This document shows, piece after piece, positions 12,122 to 25,490 of a DNA stretch of 64,000 nt; the stretch's first letter is position 1, and every line of letters starts with the position of its first letter. This stretch comes from Octopus sinensis (taxonomy: Eukaryota), in assembly GCF_006345805.1 (NCBI RefSeq), contig NC_042998.1, positions 24,366,001 to 24,430,000 on the forward strand, read 5' to 3'. A program made the translations under genes and the position numbers. Below the pieces are notes generated by a model, which saw only the letters and a program-made list of their open reading frames with translations, did not search any database and was not told the DNA's origin.

Positions 12122-12180
12122 GTGATACGCACAGACTGCAGTTTCGAGGTATTTGCCTCTTGTCAACGTACGGTAATCAC
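12122..12180 (-). ncRNA. Minimal type-I hammerhead ribozyme (family H6), U3:A8 variant, GUC cleavage site
   Basis: Minus strand: GTGATTACCGTACG TTGACAA GAGG CAAATA CCTC GAA ACTGCAGT C TGTGCGTATCAC; long bulged stem I, 4-bp stem II, 8-nt palindromic helix III. Confidence 0.8.
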
Positions 12181-13423
12181 CGGTTTTTGATGAAGAGAGA
12201 TCTGTTTGCAAATATCTATTTAATGTTTTTCCCAGTAACCACTGTCACTGATTTCGAAAAACTGTCTACAAGCAATAATAAATAATATATATATATATAT
12301 AACAAAGTAAAATTGGAAGGTACCACTTGCGTAAAAATATATAGGGAAGAGGATGTGAAAATGCAGAGGTCTTTTAAAGATGTTTGACTTGACTGGTTTC
12401 ACTTTTTTAAAAATTGATTTTCAAAAGTCAAGTGCAAGGCTTTGTGTAACCATTATGGTGTTAAAGATTAGTTAACATTGATGTATTAAAATACACACTT
12501 TGACAATGATAAGAAAATGTTAAGAGATGCTTTGTGCTTAAACCGTTTACATAAAAGTGTTCAAAATATATTTCTTTATTGCCCACAAGGGGCTACACAC
12601 AGAGTGGACAGACAAGGAAAGACAAATGGATTAAGTTGATTACATCGACCCCAGTGCGTAACTGGTACTTATTTAATTGACCCCAAAAAGATGAAAGGCA
12701 AAGTCGACCATGGCAGAATTTGAACTCAGAACCTAATGGCAGACGAAATGCTGCTATGCATTTTGCCTGGCATGCTAAGGATTCTGCCAGCTCACTGCTA
12801 TAAGAAGTGTTCAAAATAGGCAGTAAAATAAGTTCATCAGAAAAATTCATAATTGTTTATAAGCATATATACAGAAAGAATTTGTAGACAGTATCTGATA
12901 GGAGAAAGCGTGTATTGCTTTATCAAAAGTTCATCGGAAATCATAATTTTTTATAAGGATTTTAGAGGAATGACCAACCTTTTTCCTTCATCTCCAGTCT
13001 TGTACAAGTGTTTTGCAAGGATGGTTGTTAAAAAAGCAACCATCCTTGCAAAACACTTGCCGTGCAGTGGGACTGAACCTGGAACGATGTGGTTGGAAAG
13101 CTAACTTCTTACCATGTGGCCACACCTGCACCAATATATCAATGAAGTTGATCAAAAGAATATCTCATAGAATTACCTATTTGCAAAGTGGCTTGTGGTT
13201 GGTCCCACATTCCATGTGCTGCCATCTCCAGTGGATCTTAAGAGATAAAAAATTGACCAATGAGGGATTTGAAAGTTCTGTAAGAAGTTATGGGTGTCAT
13301 TGCTGTCTTGTTGTGAAGTTCTTTGCTCAGTGTGTACATGGTGGCATGATGTGAGATAATTCCTGTGTATATCTACTGAGTGAGAGAGTGAGGAATAAGG
13401 AGAGTGATTGAGAAAATGAGAGA

Positions 13424-13459
<36 letters not shown>

Positions 13460-13889
13460 TGGGAATTAAGAACAAGGAATATGCTATGAATACCTAATAT
13501 AGAATAAATTATATCTGAATATATCTAATCCATTGCACATTTATATATTCCCAGCTTTCAAACTGCAATATTATGCGTATATATGTACATGTGTGTTTTC
13601 TGTTGTTATATCTGTCTGTTAATGTGTATATTTGTGTGTGTGAGTATGTGTGTGGATCATTGCATGCGTGTGTATGCATTGTTTGTGATGTATGTGTGTA
13701 GAATGCATGCATTTTAATGCCCGCAGAATATTATGTTTGATGGAAAATGAAGACAATCTTTTTATTTTGCTTCTTGAATGTTTCAGCATGAATGAATTTA
13801 TTTTCATTCATAAATTTAGTTTCATGACTTATATCACACATATACATGTACACACACTCACAGACACACACACATACACAGACACACAT

Positions 13890-13925
<36 letters not shown>

Positions 13926-14057
13926 CACACACACACACACATACAATCTACACATGTGTGCATCTCACCTTACCTTCTTAAAGGTAAAGATGGCCACATT
14001 AGCTCAGTGTAGTTGTAGATATACAAAAAGGAAAAAATGGACATGGCCAGATATCCT

Positions 14058-14280
14058 TTAACTCTTTTGATACCAACCTGCTTGAAACCACTCTTTAGTA
14101 CAAAATGCCTTGTTTCCAAAATTCTGATTTTAAGATCTTCCACTAAACCTGAGACAAAATTTATGTTCCTTACACTAGCTTAATGATAACTAAGTTATTT
14201 TACTAAATTCTTTGTTATATTTAAAATTAATTGAAAGAAACACAGAGCATCTCAACAGAAATATGGTGACAAAAGAGGTA
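14058..14280 (-). mobile_element. piggyBac-type MITE
   Basis: Reverse complement of the 20514-20736 element; TTAA at the left boundary. Confidence 0.7.
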
Positions 14281-14404
14281 ACAAATGATTAATTTAACCC
14301 ATTTAGTGAACCTATCAAATACTAAAGCATTGGAAAGCTGGAAAGAAGACAAGACTCTTCTACTATCAGGAATTGGTTGTGCTTGATATGTAGAAATGAT
14401 ATTA

Positions 14405-14790
14405 CTCTTTTTTTTTTATTTTTTCAATCATTTGACTGTGGCCATGCTGGAGCACTGCCTTTAGTCAAGCAAATCGACCCCAGGACTTATTCTTTGTAAG
14501 CCTAGTACTTATTCTATTGGTCTCTTTTGCCGAACTGCTAAGTTACAGGGACATAAACACACCAGCATCAGTTGTCAAGCGATGTTAGGGGGACAAACAC
14601 AGACATACAAACACACACACATATATATATATATATACATATATCGACGGGCTTCTTTCAGCTTTCGTCTACCAAATCCACTCACAAGGCTTTGGTCAGC
14701 CCGAGGCTATAGTAGAAGACACTTGCCCAAGGTGCCACGCAATAGGACTAAACCCAGAAACATGTGGTTGGTAAGCAAGCACCTGTGCCT
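14405..14790 (-). mobile_element. SINE S1 copy
   Basis: Reverse complement of the 995-1412 family. Confidence 0.85.
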
Positions 14791-16037
14791 ATTAGTAGGA
14801 ATTCTAAATTGTATACCTAGAGTAAATTCTAAATTCACATGATGTATAATAAAATCACATGCAATCTGATAAAGAATCAAACCTGAGGCCCTCTAGAGGT
14901 AGTAAAGATGAACAAAATACCTCTGAGTATTTTGCCTGGTATTCTGACGATTCTGTCAGCTTGCTGCACTTATATATAATAAATAATGAAATGACGTGAT
15001 ATTTTAAGTATGACAACGTTTAACATATATAGTAAATAATGAAAAGACATAATATTTTATGTATGGCAATATTTAATATATATAATGAATAGTGAAAAAG
15101 ACATTTCTTAAATATGAAATTGCTTAACACATATAATAGACACTGAAAAAACAATTTTTATGTATGACATTGCTTAATATATATAATTAATAATTATTAA
15201 TTATATATATTAGGAATTGTCATTATAATGAAAATACAATTTTTAAAGTCTGACAATGCTTAACATATATATCAAATAATGAATAGAAAAATAAAGAATG
15301 AAACTATGTTTAATAGATAAAAATTCTTCTTCTTCTAAAGTTCTAAAGACGAGTCTGTTAGATCTGTACTAATCTATTTAAATCTCTGCTATGATTTCTA
15401 TTCAGTTTTGTACTAAGAAGTTGTTTTACTCCAGGCCTTTCGAGACAAAGTATTGTATGAAAATTATTATAAATTTAGATAAATAAATAATGTATAGAAG
15501 TCTAAGTGCACAAATTACAGACAAAAGCAACCAAATACTAAACTACTATGAAGCTTTCCAAATTCCAAATGAGCCTGTTTTTATTGTTTGGGGTTGCACT
15601 GAATGGTGATAGGTGGTATTTCTTATAATTTTTATTTTGAACACAACATCCACTTTTAAACGGTGATAAATATTACCTTTTTGTATTAACACTGCTTCTG
15701 TCATTATTAATTATATTTTGACAAGCCCACTGGCTATTCATGACACCTGTGCCTGATTATACACTGAGATTCTATGTAAATCACTCATAGAGATATCACT
15801 GCTATTTCCAGCAATTGAGCACCTACCATTGTTGACAAAGCCAAGGAAAGCCGAAATCATGTGATCTATGAAATCCTGTAATCTTGGAGATGGCGGTGGT
15901 AGAGTTATCTACCACTGGTGATATAAACAAGAGTGCTTATATGCACCAAATGCCTATATGAGAGGTTCTCTCTTCATAACTATCACAGTATTCTGGGTTC
16001 TAACATAACATCCACTTTTAAGTGGAGATATATGTTT

Positions 16038-16265
16038 GGCAAGCTGGCAGAATCATTAGCACGCTGGGCGAAATGCTTAGCGGTATTTCGTCTGCTGCTG
16101 CATTCTGAGTTCAAATTCCGCCGAGGTCGACTTTGCCTTTCATCCTTTTGGGGTCGATTAAATAAGTACCAGTTACGCACTGGGGTCGATATAATCGACT
16201 TAATCCGTTTGTCTGTCCTTGTTTGTCCCTTCTATGTTTAGCCCCTTGTGGGCAATAAAGAAATA
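16038..16265 (+). mobile_element. tRNA-headed SINE S2, full length
   Basis: GGCAAGCTGGCAGAATCATTAGC head, B box GAGTTCAAATTCC, central GGTCGACTTTGCCTTTCATCCTTT; further copies at 12570-12800, 38400-38600, 39140-39310, 39645-39870, 42135-42362, 46100-46510, 51605-51830, 53280-53490. Confidence 0.85.
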
Positions 16266-16344
16266 ATATATGTTTAACATTTTATTTATTCCAGCTGCAA
16301 TGATGATTAGGTGTGTCCTCTATACCACGACTGTTTGGGGCAAC

Positions 16345-16640
16345 AAGAAGAGAAAATTAAGATTGGAAACTAAATAAGAAATGTTATGGGATTAGATGAT
16401 GGGCAGTAAGTAAACGGTAGTCATTGGAACAGCTCTTGGTCTGAAACCAGCAACTGTACAAACAATCTGCAGTAATTCCATAAAGATTAAAACTTGAGCC
16501 CAAAATGTTAAAACTTTAGCTGCTACAAAAATAATTAGGAATAAGAATAGAATGATCAAAGTGGAAAATATAGGAAGACTTTTCAATACATCGATGGAGG
16601 TTATGCACCAGTTGAACATTCCCTCTTCATGACTTTAAGC
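16345..16640 (+). mobile_element. Decayed Tigger/pogo (CENP-B-like HTH) transposase N-terminus
   Basis: KRKLRLETK*EM...VIGTALGLKPATVQTICSNSIKIKT*AQNVKTLAATKIIRNKNRMIKVENIGRLFNTSMEVMHQLNIP resembles Tigger HTH_psq/CENP-B N-termini; in-frame stops. Confidence 0.65.
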
Positions 16641-16838
16641 TTATTTAATGACTTAAAAGAAAAGCAGAGTTCTCATGTGGTAGTTCATGATTGCTCCAGC
16701 ATGGAATTTTGTCAGTGAACAGGTTGCAGTTTCAAAGCAACAAAAATATGACAAATTAAATTTAAATATTGAAGTGAATCTAACGGTTTTCATGTGTTTT
16801 TTTAAACGGCTTATAAACACTTTCATGCTGCAAGTGTT

Positions 16839-16890
<52 letters not shown>

Positions 16891-17271
16891 TCATCATCAT
16901 CATCATCATTTAACGTCCACTTTCCATGCTAGCATGGGTTGGACGGTTCAACTGGGGTCTGGGGAGCCCGAAGGCTGCACCAGGCCAGTCAGATCTGGCA
17001 GTGTTTCTACAGCTGGATGCCCTTCCTAACGCCAACCACTCCAAGAGTGTAGTGGGTGATTTTATGTGCCACTGACACAGGTGCCAGATGAGGCTGGCAA
17101 ACGGCCACGATCGGATGGTGTTTGTTACGTGCCCACAGCACGGAGGCCAGTCGATGCGGTACTGGCTACGGCCACGTTCGGATGGTTTTCTTGTGTGCCA
17201 CCAGCACTGGTACCACAAAGATACAAATTCCATTGATGTTCATCTATTTTGATTTGTTTTGATTTGATTTG

Positions 17272-17303
<32 letters not shown>

Positions 17304-17305
<2 letters not shown>

Positions 17306-17650
17306 TTACTTGTTTCAGTCATTTGACTGCAGCCATGCTGGAGCACCACCTTTAGTGAAGCAAATCAATCTCAGGACGTATTCTTTGGAAGCCTAGTACT
17401 TATTCTATTGGTCTCTTTTGCTGAACTGCTAAGTTACGGGGGACGTAAACACACCACCATCGGTTGTCAAACGATGTTGGGGGACAAACAAAGACACCCA
17501 TACATATATATATATATACATATATACGACGGGCTTCTTTCAGTTTCTGTGTACCAGATCCACTCACAAGGCTTTGGTCAGCCCGAGGCTATAGTAGAAG
17601 ACAGTTGCCCAAGGTGCCACTCAGTGGGAATGAACCCGGAACCATGTGGT
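17304..17650 (-). mobile_element. SINE S1 copy
   Basis: Reverse complement of the S1 consensus. Confidence 0.8.
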
Positions 17651-18187
17651 CAACTCAGTGGAAAAATATTCTTATCTACTCTAGGAACAAGGTCCGGAAT
17701 TTGGTGGGGGGGGGGGCAGTCAATTAGATCGATCTCAGTACACAACTGGTACTTAATTTATCGACTCTAAAAGGATGAAAGACAAAGTCGGCCTCGGCAG
17801 AATTTGAACTCAGAAGGGCATGTATTTATGTTATTAGTATTTATTATGCACTGTGTTTATCGATTATTTTTATGCATATCAGTGGATATGATTATATTTA
17901 CATACATGTGCATATATATAATTTTAAGTAACGTGTATACACACGATATATAAGCTGGTAATGATGTATATATTTCTATTTTTCATCCTTCAGCAATATT
18001 TATAAAACTTATGAGAATATTTGATTGTGTAATGTGTAATGTGAATATAATATATCTATTATATATATTTTTATATATATTTATTTATTTATATATATGT
18101 TACAAAATTGATAATGGAAAATGTTAAAGAACAACAATGAACAATGAAATTTCTTTATCTCTTTTTGGTTTTTATCATTATTAAATA

Positions 18188-18564
18188 TTATTACCTCTAC
18201 CTTAGCGAAGGTGAAGGTATTATTTTCAGTCATGTTTGTTTGTTTGTTTGTCTGTGGACAAGATATCCCAAGAACCGCTGGATGAATTTGGATGAAACTT
18301 TCAAGGATATCTGGGCTCGTGACTGGCAAGAACTGATTAGATTTGAGGATCAATACAATACCGAACAAGGTTTCTGGATTATTTTCCCTCTTCTTTTTTT
18401 TCCTTAATCTTTGAGAGCGGTCAGGTTCATTTTTAGTATTCTCGTTTGTGAGAGTAGTTGAGTTTATTTCAGATATTCTCATTTTAAAAACCATCTCTGG
18501 CTAACCATTGAGAGGATGTTGGTGTTGCCTTGGCGGAGGTTTGCACTCTCTGAGTGCTCTTGTT
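18188..18564 (+). mobile_element. Helentron-associated non-autonomous element (HINE/DINE-like)
   Basis: 5' TTATTACCTC... followed by (GTTT)n/GTCTGT; 3' subterminal CCTTGGCGGAGGT, hairpin GCACTC-TCT-GAGTGC at 18543-18557, T-rich end. Confidence 0.7.
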
Positions 18565-18686
18565 CTTATTATTTTTACCCTTCGTCCTTTCAGGGTCGAA
18601 AAAATAAGTACCAGTGGAGCACTGGGGTCAATGTAATTGACTATCCTCTCCCTCAAATTTCAGGCCTTGTGCCTATAGTAGAAAGG

Positions 18687-18728
<42 letters not shown>

Positions 18729-18753
18729 ATTATAATTATTATCATTATCATTA

Positions 18754-18939
18754 CCTTTGCATAGCTTCTAATGCTGGAGATGTACTACAGTGCCAGCTGT
18801 TCCCTACCAGTGAACTAAGGTAACTCCTCTTATTTTTCCGAGCACCTTCCGGAGTATTCGAGCGGTTCCAAGCAGTGCTGTTTTCTGCAAGTGCTCCACT
18901 CTTTTTGCAGCCCCTATTTGCTCCACGTACTTCTCGAGA

Positions 18940-18942
<3 letters not shown>
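18754..18942 (-). mobile_element. 5'-truncated R4/Dong-like LINE 3' end inside a (TAA)n tract
   Basis: Minus strand NLEKYVEQIGAAKRVEHLQKTALLGTARILRKVL, a typical RLE-LINE C-terminus; (ATT)n on both flanks. Confidence 0.75.
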
Positions 18943-18988
<46 letters not shown>

Positions 18989-19276
18989 TTATCAAATTCA
19001 TGAAAGTAATAGAGTAATATCTTTGGTAAAAAAATAAACCCAAACTTTGAATCATTAAAATATATCTAGGTAATACAAAATTGTTTTCATAAGATATCTA
19101 AATAATTTCAAGTTATGGAATTGAAATTGGAAAATATATAAATAAATGGATAAATATCATAGTTACACATTTTCGTTTTTTCCTTCACAAAAAAAAAAGG
19201 ACAAAACATCAATAAATAAAAATATAATAAAGAGTAAAACAATCAATAGAAATATTTTTAAACTTTTGAAGATATA

Positions 19277-19307
<31 letters not shown>

Positions 19308-19479
19308 AAAACAGGATAAAAGAAAAAAAAAACAAGGGAAAGAAATAATACAAAAATAGGATAAAGAAAAAAAGAAATTTGCCGAAATGAATTTATTACA
19401 AGACAATCAATATAAAACGAGTATTTTAGTATTCTGTAATATATTAAAACATGTCTCAATATGTTTTTGACTGATAACT

Positions 19480-19558
19480 CATCGACGTCATCGTATTCAT
19501 CATCTTCATCATCACTACCGGCACCAGCACCACCACCAGCACCACCACCAGCACCACC

Positions 19559-19589
<31 letters not shown>

Positions 19590-19648
19590 CCATCATCAAC
19601 ATCAACATCATCATCATCACTACCGGCACCACCACCACCACCACCACC

Positions 19649-19682
<34 letters not shown>

Positions 19683-19821
19683 TCATCATCACCACCCCAC
19701 CACCATCCTCCTCCTCCTCCTCATCATCATCATCATCATCATCACCACCACCACCATCATCCTCATCATCATCATCATCATCATCACCATCATTATGACA
19801 ACCACCACCACCACCACCACC

Positions 19822-19867
<46 letters not shown>

Positions 19868-19968
19868 CCACCACCACCATCCTCCTCCTCCTCCTCCTCC
19901 TCATCATCATCACCACCACCATCCTCCTCATCATCATCATCATCATCATCATCACCATCATTATGACA

Positions 19969-20002
<34 letters not shown>

Positions 20003-20130
20003 TCATCACCATCACTGCCACCCCATTATCCTCATCGTTGCTGTCGTCGTCATCATCATCACAATTATAATCATGATCATTGTCATTACCACCACCACAC
20101 CACCACCAATAGCAACAATATTATCATGAT
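19480..20130. repeat. (CAT)/(CAC)/(CCT) trinucleotide low-complexity block with internal tandem duplication
   Basis: CATCATTATGACAACCACC unit occurs twice (near 19790 and 19960); poly-His/Pro ORFs are artefacts. Confidence 0.9.
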
Positions 20131-20282
20131 CATCATTGTCCTCCTCATCACTTTATGTGTTAAGAAGTCTATCTTGTTGCAAACATTTGGACTTGGTCAT
20201 TAATTTGGAAGTGACCAATGCATTATGGCATTTTTCTGCCATCTATCTTTTACAGACTTGGAGACTCTGATGAGTCTGTATC

Positions 20283-20736
20283 TGTATTTATTTTGAGATG
20301 CTCTGTGTTTCTTTCAATTGATTTTAAATATAACAAAGAATTTAGTAAAATAACTTAGTTATCATTTAGCTAGTATTAGGAACATAAAATTGTGACTAAG
20401 GCTTGGTGGACGATTTTAATTCAGAATGTTTGAAAACAAGATATTTGTACAACAGAACCAGAGGTGGTTTCAGCTTGGTTGGTATCGAAAGGGTTAAATT
20501 AATCATTTGTTAACCCCTTTGTTACCATATTTCTGTTGAGATACTCTATATTTCTTTCAATTAATTTCAGATATAACAAAATAATTTAGTAAAATAACTT
20601 AGTTATGATTAAGCTAGTGTTAGGAACATAAATTTTGACTAAGGTTTGGTGGACGATTTTAATTCAGAACTTTTGTAAACAAGACATTTGTACTACAGAG
20701 CCAGAGGCAGTTTCAGGTGGGTTGGTATTGAAAGGG
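20283..20736 (+). mobile_element. Two tandem piggyBac-type MITE copies
   Basis: Copy 1 ends GAAAGGG-TTAA (20494-20497); copy 2 runs TTAA-CCCCTTTG (20510) to GAAAGGG-CTAA (20740). Confidence 0.75.
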
Positions 20737-21885
20737 CTAAGCACCGAACTCCCACGCCTGGCTAATTCATAGCAAAAACAAAGAAGTCATGTTCAATGTA
20801 TTTTCTTCGGTTTTAGCTCAGAATTTTATCATTAGCTGCCAACTACTGCAATGATTCAAACCAAAAGAGTTTGTGTTGGCATACATATTTGTGAAATACT
20901 TCTAGAATTATTAATAACTTAGTTTCTGTCTATTTTCCATTTGCTTTCCTACCACGAATGTTTCCACTCTTTCATTATAATAAGTAATCTGTCAATTTTT
21001 TTTTACGTCATTTTTTTATTATTTTTATTTTATTTTATTTTATTTTACTTTATTTTATTTTATTTTTATTTGCAGACACTGCAAACAATGAATAGATATG
21101 GTCTTGTTTGAGAATATATGAAGGTAAAAAAAAAAAAGACATCCAAAAAAAAAAAAAGGAAAAGAGAAAAAAAACAGAGACGTAGTTTTAACGTATCAAG
21201 TATGAGTGTTATTTCGTTTGTAAAGATAAACAAACAGATAGTAGAGCTAATAAGACTAACTGGTTATTTTCAATTTTGAAACAAAATATTTCTGGTTGAT
21301 TTGTGGCAAGAAGCCAGGTTAGACTGATGGAACAAGAATGGTTGAAGGAAAAAAAAAAACTATAGAGTTAAAAATAAATAAATGAAAATCAGAAGACTAA
21401 AACAAAAACAAAAAAATAACACTAATAAAAATAACATTAAAATAAAAATATATTCTAAATGAAGAATATTTTAGTGTATAAAGCAACAGAGATGTTGGGA
21501 AGATAATCTTCAGAATATTTGCTTTAGATTTAATGGAATAAAGTAAAGAGAGGCTGAATTGGTTGATATTGAATTAAGATATTTTTGCTATCTTCATCAT
21601 GATTTTCCTTTCTGTTTTTTTTTGTCTTTTTCTGTGTTTTTTATTTTTTAGTTATTTCTTTCTTAGATAATTGATAAATGCTTTTTATCTTTTTCCTGTG
21701 CTCAAATAAATGTTTCGTTTTAGTTACATTGGATGAAATATACACATAACAAAAATAAATCCCTACATTCTTTGGAGCAAGTATATAGATTTATGTATAA
21801 ATAAATTTTGCTTATATATATATATATATATACATATATATATACATACATATATATATGTATATATTTATCTATGGCAACATAC

Positions 21886-21927
<42 letters not shown>

Positions 21928-22101
21928 GTTATATTTATCTATGCATATATACATATATATATAATACATATATATATATATATATATAACATATATATAT
22001 ACATATATCTATATATACATATTATATATATATTATATATATATATATATACATATATATACATATATATATATATATATATTATATACACATATATATA
22101 C

Positions 22102-22146
<45 letters not shown>

Positions 22147-22152
22147 CATATA

Positions 22153-22184
<32 letters not shown>

Positions 22185-22879
22185 GTGCATATATGCATAT
22201 ATTATATATATATATATATATGATATCCAACACGCACAAAAACACACCCACCCATATATAAATATGGTTTTTAATTTAATGCTGAAATTTCATTCGTTAC
22301 AATTACTAGTTTCATGTCCTCAGTCCCTTTACATCGTATTTTTTTCTAAATCAATATCTATAGATATATATATATGTGTATATACATGATGTGTAAACCT
22401 AAACATCCCCCTCCCCCTCCTCCTCCTCCTCCTCATCATCATCATCATCGTTGTCGTCGTCGTCGTCGTAATCATTGCCATATCATTCGTACATTATATT
22501 TTTGGCACGGTTTCTGCAAAACGATGGCCTTCCTAACGTTAGCCAGTTTTGCAAAGGGTGGTTGAGTACATTTTTATTATGACACCAGCACTAGTGAGGT
22601 TGTCCTGCCCTTGACCAAATTAACAATACGTCTTTTAATCTGTGCAGTTTCTGCTTGTTTGCCAGACAGAGAGTATATACTGGGTGTATATTATTGTTAC
22701 GCCATTTCTATGGTGTTGCCTTGCTTCCTGCCAGATTAAAAAGTCCTCTCTTCTCTACACTGTAAGATCTTGGTTTCGGTTCTTGGATTAGGCAGGGAGT
22801 TGTGTTCTTGAGAGGATCATCATCATCATCAATCTGTATATTCTATTTAGCTATGCATGAGAAGTATAGATAAATAGAA

Positions 22880-23450
22880 TAAGTCTTCTTCCCCTTCTCC
22901 ATCTCCTCTTCCTCCCCCTCTCCATCTCCTCTTTTTCCCCTCTCCATCTCTTCTTCCCTCTCTCCTTCCCTCACCTCCTCTTACCACTCCTCTTCCCTTC
23001 CCCCTCCTCTTCTTCTTCCTCCTCCCCCTCCTCTTCTGTTCCCTCTCCTCATCTACCTTCCCTTCCTCTTCTTACTTCTCCCTTTCCCTCTCCTCTTCTT
23101 CCCCTCCTCTTCTTCCCCTCCTTCCCTTCTTCCCTTCCCCTTCTTCCCCTCCCCTTCTTCCCCTCCTCTCACCCCTCTCCTTCTTCCCATCACCCTTTTA
23201 TTCTCCTCCCCTTCTTCTCCTCTTCTTCCCTTTCCCTCTCCTCTTCTCCTTCCCACTCGCCTTCTCTCTCCTCTTTCTTCCTCCCCTCTTCCTCCTCTTC
23301 TGTTCCCTCTCCTCATCTACCTTCCCCTCCTCTTCTTACTTCTCCCTTTCCCTCTCCTCTTCTTCCCCTCCCCTTCTTCCCTTCCCCCTTTTCTTCTCCT
23401 CCCCCTCTCCTCTTCTACCCTTCACCCTCTCCTCTTCCCCCACCTCCTCT
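22880..23450 (+). repeat. Polypyrimidine (CT-rich) tract with an ~80-bp direct duplication
   Basis: CTCCTCTTCTGTTCCCTCTCCTCATCTACCTTCCC... at 23028-23107 and 23292-23371. Confidence 0.85.
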
Positions 23451-23658
23451 TAGCCACATCGTTATCTCTTTCGGTATTAACATTGTATTTGCCCTGTCTG
23501 TCATTTCACATTTTCATTTCCACTTTTTAACTTTATACTTCTTCTTTCCTCTTGATAAAAACCAAAAACACAATGCTAGGTAGACACACAATCTAACAAC
23601 ACACATTTGATGCAAGTGCCACTCTAATGGTTAAAACTGAAAATATTATTTAACCATA

Positions 23659-24074
23659 GGCGCAGGAGTGGCTGTGTGGTAAGTAGCTTGCTAACCAACC
23701 ACATGGTTCCGGGTTCAGTCCCACTGCGTGGCATCTTGGGCAAGTGTCTTCTGCTATAGCCCCGGTCCGACCAATGCCTTGTGAGTGGATTTGGTAGACA
23801 GAAACTGAAAGAAGCCTGTTGTATATATGTATATATATATGTATGTGTATGTGTGCGTGTGTGTTTGTGTGTGTGTGTTTGTTCCCCTAGCATTGCTTGA
23901 CAATCGATGCTGGTGTGTTTACGTCCCCGTCACTTAGCGGTTCGGCAAAAGAGGCCGATAGAATAAGTACTGGGCTTACAAAGAATAAGTCCCGGGGTCG
24001 ATTTGCTTGACTAAAGACGGTGCTCCAGCATGGCCACAGTCAAATGACTGAAACAAGTAAAAGAGTAAAAGAGT
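23659..24074 (+). mobile_element. SINE S1 copy, full length
   Basis: Near-identical to 995-1412. Confidence 0.9.
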
Positions 24075-24217
24075 ATTCACGTGAAGCTTTTGTGTGAATT
24101 GGTATTGAAAACAGAATTAGTACAGAAACAATTACAATTAGTCATTAGAGATGTGATAAATCTCTATCTTTGTCTTTTTATTTGGATTACTTTAAGAATA
24201 ATATATATATGTATATT

Positions 24218-24608
24218 TTACTCTTTTACTTGTTTTGTCATTTGACTGTGGCCATGCTGGAGCACCACCTTTAGTCGAGCAAATCGACCCCAGGACTTAT
24301 TCTTTGTAAGCCTAGTACTTATTCTATCATTCTCTTTTGCCAAACTGCTAATGTTACGGGGACATAAATGCACCAGCATTGATTGTCAAGTGATGTGTTT
24401 GGGGGAGGACAAACACAAACACACAAACATATACACACCCACCCACACATATGCACGATGGGCTTCTTTCAGTTTCTCTCTACCAAATCTACTCTCAAGG
24501 CTTTGGTCAGCCCGAGGCTATAGCAGAAGACACTCACTTAAGGTGCCATGCAGTGGGACTGAACCCGGAATCATGTGGTTTGTAAGCAAGCTACTCACCA
24601 CACAGCCA
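24218..24608 (-). mobile_element. SINE S1 copy, tail-to-tail with 23659-24074
   Basis: Reverse complement of the S1 consensus. Confidence 0.85.
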
Positions 24609-25194
24609 TATATTCCAAATTTCAGAGTCAAAATCTACAACAATCTTTGAAGTGGATGGCCCTGCACAGTACCAAAGGTCCCATCTCCATTTAGGATACA
24701 AACCCAATATTGTAACAGGATGGAATTCAAAAGATCACAACTTTTTAATGCCCTACCACAGAACATCAGTGGCATGTAAAAGGCACCATTTGAGCGTGAT
24801 CGTTACCAGCATCGCCTTACTGGCACCTGGGCCGGTGGCATGTGTAAAATGATTTGAGGGAGGTCATTGCCAGTACTGCCTGACTGGCCCTGTGCCGATG
24901 GCATGTAAAAATCCCCCATTACACTCTCGGAGTGGTTGGCATTAGGAAGGGCATCAAGCTGTAGAAACTCTGCCAGATCAAGATTGAAGCCTGGTGCAGC
25001 CATCTGGTTCACCAGCCCTCAGTTAAATCGTCCAACCCATGCTAGCATGGAAAGCGGACATTAAACGATGATGATATTAATTGCAAGCAAGGGCACATTA
25101 TTGTGTTTTGCAACCGTAATGTACTGCCAAGTTATATCAAAGTTCTGCAAGTCAGTGTTGTACGTTGCTTTTGGGTTAGCAGAGTGTTGTTCTC

Positions 25195-25364
25195 AATTTT
25201 AAGTTTATCTCTACAGACTTATCTACAGAATTAAGAGCCAGCATTGAAAGTTATGATGTTTTGAATGCAAATAGCTTTCAAATTGCATTTGTTTCCATAT
25301 ATGAAATGTTGTAACTTTTCAGTGTTCACTCTTAATTCTATAGAAAATCTGCAGAGATAAACTT

Positions 25365-25369
<5 letters not shown>
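25195..25369. repeat. Imperfect 175-bp foldback
   Basis: AAGTTTATCTCTACAGACTTATCTACAGAATTAAGAG pairs with CTCTTAATTCTATAGAAAATCTGCAGAGATAAACTT. Confidence 0.75.
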
Positions 25370-25405
<36 letters not shown>

Positions 25406-25490
25406 AAGGGTGAAAAGGAACACACGAGTTGATATATATGAAAAAAACAAGTAAAAAATAGAAAATGCTAAAATAATTTTATAGTGAACA

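Noticed and set aside
16392-16619. Hydrophobic minus-strand ORF resembling a membrane protein
   Set aside because: It is the antisense frame of a Tigger/pogo transposase remnant on the plus strand
19461-20129. 222-aa His/Pro/Ser-rich ORF
   Set aside because: Pure CAT/CAC/CCT trinucleotide repeats open in several frames and both strands; no complex sequence or splice context
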